DNA of 64,000 nucleotides, taken from positions 9,644 to 73,643 of the forward strand of contig JAAPAO010000112.1 in the NCBI GenBank assembly GCA_013115145.1, read 5' to 3'. Below, piece after piece: positions 24,291-36,500 of the stretch. Under the pieces are notes generated by a model. It was not told the DNA's origin and did not search any database. It saw only the letters and a program-made list of their open reading frames with translations. Both the position numbers and the translations under genes were made by a program. This DNA comes from Perkinsus chesapeaki ATCC PRA-425 (lineage: Eukaryota > Protista > Perkinsozoa). Position 1 is the first letter of the stretch; every line of letters starts with the position of its first letter.

Positions 24291-27009
24291 ATGGTAACTT
24301 TGGTGTTCCTATGGCACTTACTAATAGCATGTATAAGCATAAGCGATAAGACGACAAGTGATTTAATGGAAAGTGCGACTAGACAAGTGTTGGATAGCTA
24401 TTACTTCATATCAAGGTCTATGCCAATATTACAAAGTATGTGCCATTACTCTGAGTTATTCTATGCCAGAGAGCTTACTAATACTATACTTATAATAATA
24501 TCACAAATCGATAAGTACGACGAATATGACAACATGGTACTGCGACATGAAGGGGGGCAGGTCCCTATTGGTATAGCCGGAGAGCTAGAGGCAATTCTTA
24601 AGGCTGAGTACAATAACATAGAGGAGCTGTTGGATGTTATAGTATCATTTCAAGTACATAAGTTAAATGAACGTATTAAGATGAGACCATGTCATAGTAC
24701 ACCATCTAATATTGATGCAGCAGCATCACTTGTAGTGCCTGAATATGCCTTTACTGATTTCATATCAATACCATTGAGATCTATTGTAAGGCCAACTAAG
24801 GAATGTTTAGCACTTAGAGCGGTAGAGGATTATACAGGGCCCAGTCCGACAGGTTACAGGGATATATCTAGGGCACATTCATTATATATGCCACCAGAAC
24901 AATTACTACATGACATTTCGCGGCGAGTGAAACTATCAGGTATAGTGATAAGCATGTTAAGTGGTTATCCTAACGAGAATTATACTACTTCGTTTGATTG
25001 GTATGATCCATCAAGACGTGTACATGAGAAGTCTAATAAAGGTGAGAGTAGACATATGAATATATATTGTGATACAGATGGTAAGAATACAACATATTGT
25101 GGTGTGGTAGAACATTATTATGGTATAGGGTTTAGTGAGACATTTTATAGAGCACGAACAGATATTCACACGCAAGTGTTTAAATACACCAGATCAGCCT
25201 TTGCTAGTCTTCATCACTTCTCTCCAGACATGCTCTATATTGATCCTCGACTACATAACTGTCGATTGCTGCATGATATGGTATTGCATCATCAAGGCAT
25301 CAAGACACTTTACTTACCATTCGATGCTCTAAGCGGCCCCAACAGTGATGAAGTACCACAGTGGACTACTACTTCTGGTATTGGTAACTGGAGTGAGCAT
25401 TGTAGCCTTAATGGCTTATCACAACAGCTCAGTCAACTTGGTTATATACTCCATCATATAGAGTTTAGTATAGCTGTATTTGTATTGCAAGACCTGTTGG
25501 AGCACCAACCAACAACGGACCAAGATACTATGTGGCGAATGGGCTTTTACTGTCATCCACTAGCACCATACTTTGACCGTCAAGAGCGATCACCTCAAGC
25601 CTTAGACCTGTTCAATGTTGATGACTCCAGGCTACCGAGACGTAATCATCTAGCTGAGTTCCGTTGGCGTGAGAGTGCTGGTATGAGGATGATGCTTGAT
25701 GAGCAGCATGCACTATGTATTGATGGTTACTGTGAATGTATACCACCAATGAGAGGACAACTGTGTGATATACGTGACGGAGATGTCACCAACATGACTA
25801 TACATTATCTTACAAGCAATACGACAAGACACATTAATGACTTGTCTTTGGCGTTGATGCTGCTCTGGGAACGGTTTAATTATGCATTTGATCATCCTGT
25901 TATCATATTCTATGATACCCCTTTAACTAGAGTTCAACGTACCTCTCTTAAAGAATCATCAATAAATAGAATATGGTTTGCCCCACAGAGATACAAAGGC
26001 TTTCACGGCCTTCTTGATAGCAGCAGCAGCAGCGGGAGGAGTGGTCCATACAATAGGCCATATGATGATCCTTTGTCGATAAGCTCTAAACTGGCTGTCC
26101 ATCCGAGGCCAATGGGTTATAGGCAAGTATGCCTCTTTGAATCAGGGCCAGTATTCCTACACCCATCACTCACCATATCACGATTTACCATGCGCCTTGA
26201 TACCGATCAATACTTTCCTATTGATGCATCTCATGCTGATCCAGTCAAGGGAATGCTTTCTAAAGGATATCATTTCCTATTCTCGCAAGTTATACATGTT
26301 GCTGGAGGACGAGTTAACCATTTAGACGCCATTATTACTCTCTATAACGAGGCGTTCGGCCATAAAGTCCGAGATACTGCTTTCCTACAGGATGTGATGG
26401 CGAATGCAAAGGAAGATGGCATGCTAATGACAGCCAATCATCCACCATATGTATTCGATCTGGAATTCTTTGCCGGTCAAGAGTATCAACATTGGTTCAA
26501 GTTCGTATCATCCTTCGATGGCTTCCTCAACCTTGGATGGTTAGGTAATGGTGTATTCACCGCAGGTGTGGCCTTACATGCTGGTGATAGAACAGGAGTG
26601 AGTCGGGGGAGAGTCTCCGTGGCAAGCCCATGAGAACTCCATGTCAGATTTTCTCCATTCCTACCGCCCACCAAGAGCAATGTATGTGCCAACGAGATCT
26701 TCTAGGTGACAGCGTGTCACATCCAGATGAACAGTATGGTTGTGTAGCTATTCGAAAGGATGATTTGACTTTCTCTTACAACTTTCATGGTCGAGGTATA
26801 ACTCTGGTGTGCCTGCTGTGTTATCCTCTATGTTAGGTCCTGCCTTGTGGGAATGCTGGCCAGAATCAGACATCCTTCATTCAAAGGAACGGTATGGCCT
26901 ACGTTGTGATATATTTGATAAGACTGAGCATGGTATACCACGATGGTGGTGTCAAATGGAAGATGATAACTTCGTACCAGTTTCAAAAATACGACATTTC
27001 AATTCATAA
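24291..27009 (+). CDS. Secretory-pathway protein with an EGF-like module and a divergent GT15-like (Kre2/Mnt1 alpha-1,2-mannosyltransferase) domain
   Basis: 780-aa first exon with N-terminal hydrophobic signal, CIDGYCECIPPMRGQLC (EGF-like), FNYAFDHPVIIFYD, MGYRQVCLFESGPVFLHPSL, MRLDTD and FFAGQEYQHWFKFVSSFDGF. Two 3' introns (gtgagt near 26597, gtataa near 26795) extend the frame to the stop at 27009. Confidence 0.65.
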
Positions 27010-27129
27010 CATTATTATCATAAAGAGTTTAGTTTAGCAGTTACCGAAAATGCATCATCCAGGCGATCTGGATTGAATATATAACACAAGGACTACTTCT
27101 AATAGACTAAGTAACAAAATACACGGCAT

Positions 27130-29774
27130 TCACCGTCCAGGCTTCTTCAATGAAAATGATATGCTCGGCCCGGCATGAGTCTTTGGACGGCCAGTAGTTC
27201 GCGCAGCGGACGCTTGCTTGGGTGACTGGCCTTCTTGCAATCGCCTAAACAACAACGATAATAATATCTAACAGAAGTTATCGTCACTTTTCCCTCTCCT
27301 GTGCTCTCCTTTGAAGCTCTTGGAGTTTCTTCTCTCTCTGAGAGTCAATTAACGTGTTTACTTGCTAACTCTAGCCTACCCTCCGTGCTTCTGCCTCGGA
27401 GTCTTTCGATGCCTTCGGAGCTCTGAAAAGCCCGTGTCTGCAAGAGCGATGAATTGCCGCCTACAATTTGCAGCCTTCATGGTCTTTGATGTCTTTCTGA
27501 AGAGCCGCTGTTTTACTCTCTTCTAACTTCCGATCGAAATCCTTTTTAATCAATACTTTCTCACTCTCCACTTCTTGCAACTGAGAACAGCCCCGATGTA
27601 AAACGCGCGCTTCCGAGTCCCGTCTAGCATCCGTTTTGCGGAGTATATATCAGCCAGTGGCTGACAGCCACTGCTTCCGATGGTTCGTCTTTTCTCTTAC
27701 CATTTTAGCATGTGCTTTTACCCGGAGTTCCTCTACTGCCTTGCTAACTTCTTTTTGATATTCTGCATCCTTCAGACCATCCCTGATTCTTTTATCGATC
27801 TCATCTTCCAGCCTTATAGATGACAACAATGCCCATCCCTTCTTGAATGGCATCCTACCTTCTCTTCACTTTCCGTTCAAACCTATCGTCCCTATTTTCC
27901 CTACTAACTGAAATACTCAGCAAACTACCATCATTTAATACAATACCGCATTCGTTACCAGGCACCTGCCCTGAGCCGCTGCTGTTGAACAAACGTTGGC
28001 GTTTCCTTGTCATCTTGTCACCCTCCGCGCCGTCACTGCTGCCGTCCTTTTCCCGGCTGAAAGAACCTTGACAACAGTTCATACTGTTCTTATTGAATAC
28101 TTGTGATTGCGCCTTTCTCTTGATGAATCCCTCTCTGAATCTTGAGGCATTAAATTTGCCAACTTGTAGTGGTGGGATGAAACTATCGTCAACACAAGTA
28201 ACTCAAAAGTGACAGAAACAACACCACCGCCAGTATAATTAATATCAACATATCATTCACGTTGTAGGATATCCCTTTCCCTATCTAATCGTAGTATTCG
28301 ATGAGCTAATAGACTGGCTTGAGGGTATAAATGAAGTCCTAATACTTGACGATGGTTATCATCTGAGTTACCCATGCAAAGCTGATAGATAGACTACTTA
28401 CTGAAATCTATTATAAGAACATCTTCATCACGATTAAAGCTTTCCGGTAGTTTCGATGCTGGAGGGCAGTATTATCCATACTAGTGGCTCTGTTGTTACA
28501 CTCGTCTCCTTCCACTTTATTCGCATCTTCTTCTTGTTGCTGTTTCCTTTTACCATCCTTAACTTCATCCAAAGTGGTATACTTGAATTCTAATCCAACA
28601 TTGTGGTATTTAAAGGACGGTAAAAACCTCTGTATGAAGTCACTGAAGAGCAGAGGCCTTTACAGACGGCGAAGGAGGACGACAGTTGCTCACTCAGCGA
28701 CACGACAGGATGTTCTAGCACGCAGCTCGAGCAGTTTGATGGACCGAAATCCGAACTCGGTGGCGAGAATAACTCGTTCGAGCCGACGGGCCGACATTTA
28801 TAAAAACCTTACAGGAGCATCGAGTGCATTCGAACGGCGACGGGCAGATATGACTGATAGCGAAATTAATAACTCGGAAAGGATTATGAGGTCAGAAACG
28901 AAGGGATCGCACATGCACACGATTTAGAAAAATCGGTAACCGTCATCAGTGGAGTCGTTAACCAACCGTAACCAAAGGAATGGTGCCACACAGAAGGGAT
29001 TATTGCGGAATATCCAAGCATATGCCACAGAATGGAATGCACACATTGCGGTTGATGTGAAGAGCATTGCTTTCGGGTCATGATAATACCAATACCTGAG
29101 CGCATGAATTCAATAAGTTGCTGTTTAATACTATTATCACATTTGTATTATATGTTCCTCAAATCTATGCAACAGCTCAGCCATCCAGATACCACGAATA
29201 GCTCTAAACTGTCATGAACAGTTACACTTCCATTGAAGGAGGAGGGAGTATGATACTTACCGCGGTTCCAAAGAACATCTCTAGATTTCGCATCTTCAGA
29301 CTTCTTATCATAAACAGAGTACGTATTGCTGCATAAGATGCAGTCCCTGATGATGATGATGCAATGTCATGTCCGCCAGCTACTACCATCACTTCCTCCC
29401 TCTACCTGATGTTATAACCTCGAATGTTCGATAGTCCAGTTTCCGTTCCAACGGTGCTGATTCCCTCAGCTGTCTCCTTGGCACCTTTACCATTAGATCG
29501 GGCCTAATAATACAGCAGCAGCAGTAGCTCCAGCGAGTGGAGGCCTCACTGATCCTTAACAGCTTGATTTATCAACCTTGCACATTTGTGGAGGGTATCA
29601 TGAGTCTCACAGCCTAACAGCAATAACTGTTGTGTTAAAGATGTCATTATCCAATAGAGGTTGGATTATTACTGTACATTTTAGACTTAAGTGGGTTCAT
29701 ACTGTCATAAGGGACATATTTACCACCGGTTTCGATGAACTGCCGAACTTCTGGTATTGTTGCCGCCTAACCAT
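27130..29774 (-). CDS. Multi-exon hypothetical protein with a C-terminal charged coiled-coil region
   Basis: Open exon-like segments on the minus strand, e.g. RLEDEIDKRIRDGLKDAEYQKEVSKAVEEL, VLGLHLYPQASLLAHRILRLDRERDILQ and ...SISFSLKKPGR*. May be more than one gene. Confidence 0.4.
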
Positions 29775-30060
29775 TAAAGGGTAGTAATAAAAGTTCTAGG
29801 CTAGTAGTGCGCGATCAGATGGAAGTATGGTAATGATACAGTGAGGTAATGTATTAAGTGATAATGTAGAGAGGGAATGTATTATACTAATCACATTGAC
29901 CAACAATATTATTTCTACAACTAAAATAGCTCTTATACCACTCCCTTACCTTCCCCTTACCTCTCTAGCATTATCCTTATTCTGCAATAGTTTATATAAT
30001 ATATATGCCTTATACCTATAACACTCTTAATACCAGCCATACAGTGACAACAACAACAAC

Positions 30061-30838
30061 TTACTCTTGAAATGTTAAATATCGTTCCCATTGTTCTTTG
30101 TTAGTTGTTACCAGCCTCTCCATCAGTTGTCTCGGGACCACCCTATCCTCTGGCTCTACAGCGAATAGGACATCCATGGCTACTCGTAGTTGTGTCTCTG
30201 AGGGCTTCCATCGTAACAGTTACTGAACCGAAGTGCTACCAAAATGTCCGATAGCCTTTATCCGTAAACCTTCCTCTGGCGGTGCTACTAGATCAGCAAC
30301 AACAGGCAAAAGGGCCTGTGGAACAGCAGCAGCATCAGTACCCTTATAACATGTCTTATAACTACATCAAAGCCATACTGTTGTACTATATCACGGACAG
30401 CTGCCCGACGTTGAGTAACGTATTCGAGATCGACTAGGGCTGAGGCTCTAGAGAAGAGTGGTGGTAGGAGGAGTTGATTGATAGGGTAGGTGCGGTAATT
30501 ACCTCTCGGCATCCAATAGTAAAGGATCTTCACCATCTACTGGGGACAGCGATTTTATTGCTTCCTTCCAACTAAGATGATGAATCGATATGTTAAGTAA
30601 AGGTAAATTCATACTCTCCTCCTTTAACAAATTGTGGTACTAAATACGGTCCCATATGAGCCCAACCTCGCCATCCTAGCAACTGATGTGGTTTCCAATC
30701 CATAGCCCATGGTATCAATAAGGCAAACCATATAACAGCACCTACAACAATAGTGTTAGTCATTATATTTAACGGCAAGGCGGACTGGGAAGTCCGATAA
30801 TAATTATATTCTCTCCAAAGGTTCGCTTGCCAAACCAT
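30061..30838 (-). CDS. Hypothetical single-TM protein (multi-exon)
   Basis: ORF 30593-30838 has a TM segment (TIVVGAVIWFALLIPW); later exons read ASALVDLEYVTQRRAAVRDIVQQYGF and ...RQLMERLVTTNKEQWERYLTFQE*. Confidence 0.4.
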
Positions 30839-31638
30839 CCATATACCGATGGTTTGTACTTCATTATAGCCTTTGTCATTACCCCAGCAATACCTAATAA
30901 CCTACTCGTCTTCTCACAAAACGTTCATGCTGCGGCTTTCTTACGTTGACTAGAAGTATCCAATATCTTTGCCTTCTGCATCTTAGTGGCATGTAACCCT
31001 GTGGGCCGGTATCGTACTTTAACGTTTAGATGCCATGTTCGTAGAGGATGGGTGAAGAGTTCGGGATTCATGGCTCAAATGGACTTCATAAGGGAATACA
31101 CCAACTTCCCCACCCCACACCTTTTACAAATTGCAAGCTTATCGATTTTATTATTTAGCTGTACGAAGGGGCTATTCTGTACCACGGCCTCTGATGGCCA
31201 CCTCGAAATCTCGGTGAAATCATTCTTTCTGGAGCATCCAGGCAGCAGATGCCGGCCTTTTAAAATATCTTTTTGATAATGCCATGTTTCGTCTCCTTTC
31301 CTTGCCTCCTATATATTACTCTAAGCACACGACTATTATGGCTCTCCCGAATACCCATCGGCCACCTTACACACGTACTTCACTGCACAACTACCACACA
31401 CTTTCCGACGCATGCGTGCGAATATACTGTGTAACATGTCCCCAAACGAGCACGTTTCATGCTTAACATAAAACTTACTATACCTATGTACCAATAACGC
31501 AAGATGGGGCAGCATATATGGAGTAAATTGTACGTAAGAGGGTTATTCATGTGATAATGTTAATGGTATGATTAATTCTTCATATATTATATTATTGGCT
31601 CATACCAGACTAATAATCCAACACTACACAGCAACTAC

Positions 31639-32827
31639 TCACACTTCAGGCTCCTCTCCATCGAAAAACCAATTGGGAGAATAACGAATTGCCAAATGCC
31701 GAGCTTGTGTATAAAATGCATGGATTTGGATACAATCAGCAACACCCTCAATGTTTTGCATGACCCTGGAAGTTATATGAACAGTGCCATCTCTGTCTAT
31801 TAGGGAGTCCAGTGGTTCGGTTTCCTTCTCTATCTGACACCTTCTATCGTCCAGCTCACGGCCTCTATTGTCACATAAGGAGTAGAAAAAGCGACCTTCA
31901 TCACGCGGACTTCCACACAGAAGCATCAGATTTGGCTTCAGCATCGTATATTCGATAGGACTACCGTTCAGCACAGTCAAATGGTAGCTTGCTTAGGGTT
32001 ATTGTCTCAACCTTTCTCCCATAATGATGATGATGATGATATTGCACACGAATATTATGGATACACCATGCTTCATGAGGGTTGCAGTAGGTCATAGACA
32101 CTAAATGCTCAGTTTTACTGGTGCCCTCTCATACGATCAATGATGGAGAGCAATATAGAGTAGATTCTCGGAATTGTATAATAACCTCGCTCTTAGCCAC
32201 TGTAGCTTTTGAACTGATGTCGGCAGGAAAGTACAGAATGCAATAGATTCCATCATCATTATTGACGTTATTGGCAGGGATGTTATTGGCTCCATCTGTC
32301 GGATTCCAAACCACAGGTAGATATACTTTACCTCCTATACATGATAATAGTTCGCGAGGGGCGTAGCAATCTGTGACGGAAGATAGATAGCCTTCAATGC
32401 GGACTGAGCGGGACACAGGATTGGCCTCATCTGCGAGTAAATACATATTTTCAATATGTGCTGTTGTAGCTGGTGAGAATATGGGTAACAAGTTAAGTAC
32501 ATTTTCAGTTATATAAGCAGCAAAGAGCTTCCCGTGCCTCACAATCATGAATGAAATACTCTCCAAGATAACTGTATTAGATGGGCAGTTAAGGGTTAGC
32601 TCCCTCGAGGACTTGCCGAGGAATGCCGAGATGGTCCTCCCAACATCGTTTAGGAACCTCGCGCTGTCTGAATGTCGACGAAATGAATATCTCACAGCTT
32701 CAGTTTCGAGTGCCACTGTAGAACAGAGGAATGTATCCAGCATGGTATTAAGGGGGATTAATAAGTATATCGACGAACAGCTGCAAAGCGAATAACAGCT
32801 TACAAAATCCCCCTTCGGCTCTTTCAT
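31639..32827 (-). CDS. Hypothetical protein (at least two large exons)
   Basis: ORFs of 232 aa (32129-32827) and 113 aa (31639-31980) on the same strand with globular composition. No family recognised. Confidence 0.5.
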
Positions 32828-33517
32828 CCAAAGTAAAAGATTCCTTGCACATCTATTATAGCTCGCTCGAGTTTGTGTAACGATAAAACCCGAGTACGGT
32901 CGAGCCTACTACTGCGGGGAGCTGCGGCGAAGAACGGTGGGGGAACCGGGCCGTTTATAAGGACATGCCGCAAATAACAATTTTGTAGAAACGTCCGATG
33001 AAGGATTATTATTTGTTAGAACGAGCAGCAGAGCAACCACATGAAAATCCTTGACCTTACGTCCATATAAGTTATCTACCCACTTACCTAGTTACCTGTT
33101 GGATGCCAGCAGCTAAACAGGAATATTCCACATCCGACAGCCTATCGATCTAACGATTTGCGCATGCGTGCCATGGTCGAGTCGCACGCGTGCGCAAGCG
33201 CAATAAACATCAAGGAAAAAGCATCGGTAGTCTGGCTTCTACGGATATCAATATGTCCGACCCTTCGCGAACTTCTGATGGACACATCAGCAGGAAAGGT
33301 AAGTTTCACCTTATTCACTTCCCTTGTCTCTATATAACACGTCACTCTAACTAATATATGCGGGTATATCGTGGAGAAATACGCTTTCTAAACATCAAAG
33401 TCCAATGTACCAAACACGGGAAATGCGATTACACCTGCACTCCAGCTGCTGCAACAACAATTACCGTAGATATTCAGTGTAACGATAACGATATAACTCC
33501 CGATCTCTTTAGCCGGA

Positions 33518-36500
33518 ATGTCAGAAAATGATGCCAAAGAGCTCGAAAGCGAGCATACCATTTCTTCACCAACTCATTCACGACCGCCGAACCGACGTGG
33601 AACACCGAGAGTTCGAAAACTGCTATGTAACAGGAATACCGATGGTTCCAAGGTGGATTCAGTGCACGCACCGCAGAAGAGCAAAGGGTTATCCTGTCAG
33701 TTACCTTCTTCAAAACCTGACGTTGATCATTTGATCAGAGAGGCCAGTATAAGGCAAAAGAGCAGGTGAGGGTCTCCAGTTAGGCTCTTGCTAATGGGCC
33801 AGAATTGAGACATAATGGTTTCGTATTTAGGGCGAAAGCACTCTTCGATTACGATCGCTCTACTGGAATGGATATGCTGGATTTCGCAGAACTTATGAGT
33901 AAAAATGAATCCCTCCATAGGCCTTATCCGCCTACATTCCACACAGACACGCCGATTATACCTAATCCCGATGTTGAGATAGCTGAGCTACGCAGTCAAT
34001 TGGAGGACTCACAAAGAGTAACTAACGTGCCACCTGACCCGGTTAAACTCAAACTTGTTAGGAAAGATGCAGGCTGACTTCGGAACTCACAAAACTTCGA
34101 ATTCTTCACAAGAAAACAGAGCAGTTGTTGCAAGAGACTGTTTTATCAAAAGAGCGTGAAACCATAGCGCTGTAAGGCTAATAAGCCCTACGGATAAGTA
34201 ATGAGTCATAGGTCAGCATCAGTGAAGCAACTGAAGGGGAGGCTGTCCAGTCAGCAAGACAGCGTTACAAGCCTTGAACAGCAATTGGAAGTTGCATTGC
34301 AAAATGAGGAAATCCTTCGCATCGAACATGATAACCTAAAAGTACATCGCAATCTGACCGGTTGGAGGGGAGTGTTTTAGAGTGACCTCGACGAAGCAGA
34401 ATTACAGATCGAAGGGCTGATGAAAGCAAGACATAAACTTCTACAGTCTCAATCCACACATGAAATGGTTATGAACACATTACTCGTAGTGTATCTTGAG
34501 GCTATGCAGCGAACAGAGGTAGAACCTCGTTTAATCTCACTCATACGAATACAGCTCCTCAGCGTAAAGTTGGTGTGGTACCTGATGCGACGAAGCCAAA
34601 CGAGCTCTCCGATGCTAGTTTGATTCCAGGGGAGTTAAGTGAATTCCTGAAGCCCGGTGCCTCTTCGAAGCGAGCCCTAGCCGAGGCCAATGCCGCCATC
34701 GAAATGAAAATTAGAACGATGGAAGAGTGAGGAGCGGAGTACTCCTGTACATATAGTTGATGCATTGTGCAGGTCTCACCTCGAGGAGATGGAGGAAATT
34801 TTAGCTGGAAATGAAATAACACTGAGCAAGCTGCAAAGCCAGCTTGAAGAGGAGATCATCAGTAGGCCCCTACGACGAGAGTCAATTTATCGAGGGAGGC
34901 TGTAGATAATACTAGAGAATTAGAGATAAGGAGATGCAACGAATTGGAGGAACAGAAAGTGTCATTTAGCAGAGAGATTGATATGCTATCTCAGAAGCTT
35001 GGGCAGGTCCAGGAAAGAAATAAGTAATCTTGCCTTGTGGGGGAAGCATCCTCCGTAAATACTTTATATCTCAGAGCCCTCTGTCAACAGCTAACACACT
35101 TTAAAGAGATAGATTCAATTTACCGAAGTCGTACTGACTTTAATGGTATGTTTATAGCCATTGTGAAGAATGAAGTAGGCTCGTAATGACACGAACGTGA
35201 GAGCGGCTGCTGCTTGCAGGACTATACCCCAACATGGTTCATTAACTACTTAGCGGTTGCACTTGGACAAGAACATAATCGATTTAGGATAGTCGACGAG
35301 GAAAAGGGTATTTGAGGAGCTTGCTAAGTCCTTTTCTGAGCACTCAAAACAGGAAATCACATTCAATCCTGTGATGCTAACAACGATGATAATGAAAGCA
35401 GTACAAAGCATAGCATGGTATCCTGTATTGACAAGAGCCACTAGAATATGGTTGGCATCTAGGTTAGACTTGTTGTTGAGATCATAGACTACGACGACAC
35501 CGTATATGTTGATACAGAGAAGGATAAAATAATGTAAAGCTAACTGCTCAAAGCGGCACTTGATAATATATCGACTACTTGAAAAGGAAGAAGATAGCAG
35601 CTCACTCGGGTTCAGGCCCCATTGTCCTAGCGGGTATAAGGAAGTGCTCGTCGAACAGCTTGCTTCCCTTTGGCTCGACGCTAAGGTTGAAGACGTAACA
35701 TCAGGGTTATTAGGGGAGCTGGGAATCCAAGAAATGGCTCTTCTTCGTGGGTCACAATCCCTATCCACAGCCTACTCTCAAAATAAGATGACATTCATCG
35801 GTAGCCTTGATAAAAAGGAGTTGGTTGATGATGATGAGCATAGTGATTGGCAGGGCGGACTATGTGCCTGATTTCTCACAGAAGAATGGTTGTCACTGTA
35901 CATCATATGGTGGAGACATTCCTCGAAGATGAGATGATAAGACTCGTTGCTACCGATGTCGATGCACGACAAGTCTTCGTTCTGTACTTGCGGGCATCCG
36001 ACCTGGAGGCAGATCCTGAAGGTGAGCCCGGTTACCCTGGCAGATTGATATTGGTGGAACAAATAGATAATGAAATTAAGTCCTTGGAACAAACCACACT
36101 TGAAGACATCTGCGCAATTGCCAAGGAACGGTTGAGAGTGATTAGGGTGGACGGCGTTGATGCATTGGTGAGTGTCCGAAAGATAACTATGCCCAGACTG
36201 TACGTACATTCAGTGCTATTTAACCATCCTTACTTCCAAGGATATCACCAAGCATGTTGATACTATTATAGAGGTAGATAGCATCAATACAAGCTATGAG
36301 TGGTGAATTGCCATAGCTGTTGCCAATGTAGGAAGAATCCGTTGTAGCCGCCGTAGTCGATGACGGAGGGGATGATTTCAGAGGTAACTTCGTGTCCTCG
36401 ACTGGTGTTCCACTGCTTTAGGAATCGGTTCGATTGGGCAAGTTCTCTACCGCGAAACCGTGTATCTAGAAGAAGGTCAGCTAGCAATCAATGTCCTAGT

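Noticed and set aside
30330-30430. TQRRAAVRD resembling the start of GH47 mannosidases
   Set aside because: No downstream HAW/GY or other GH47 motifs, and the ORF is far too short.
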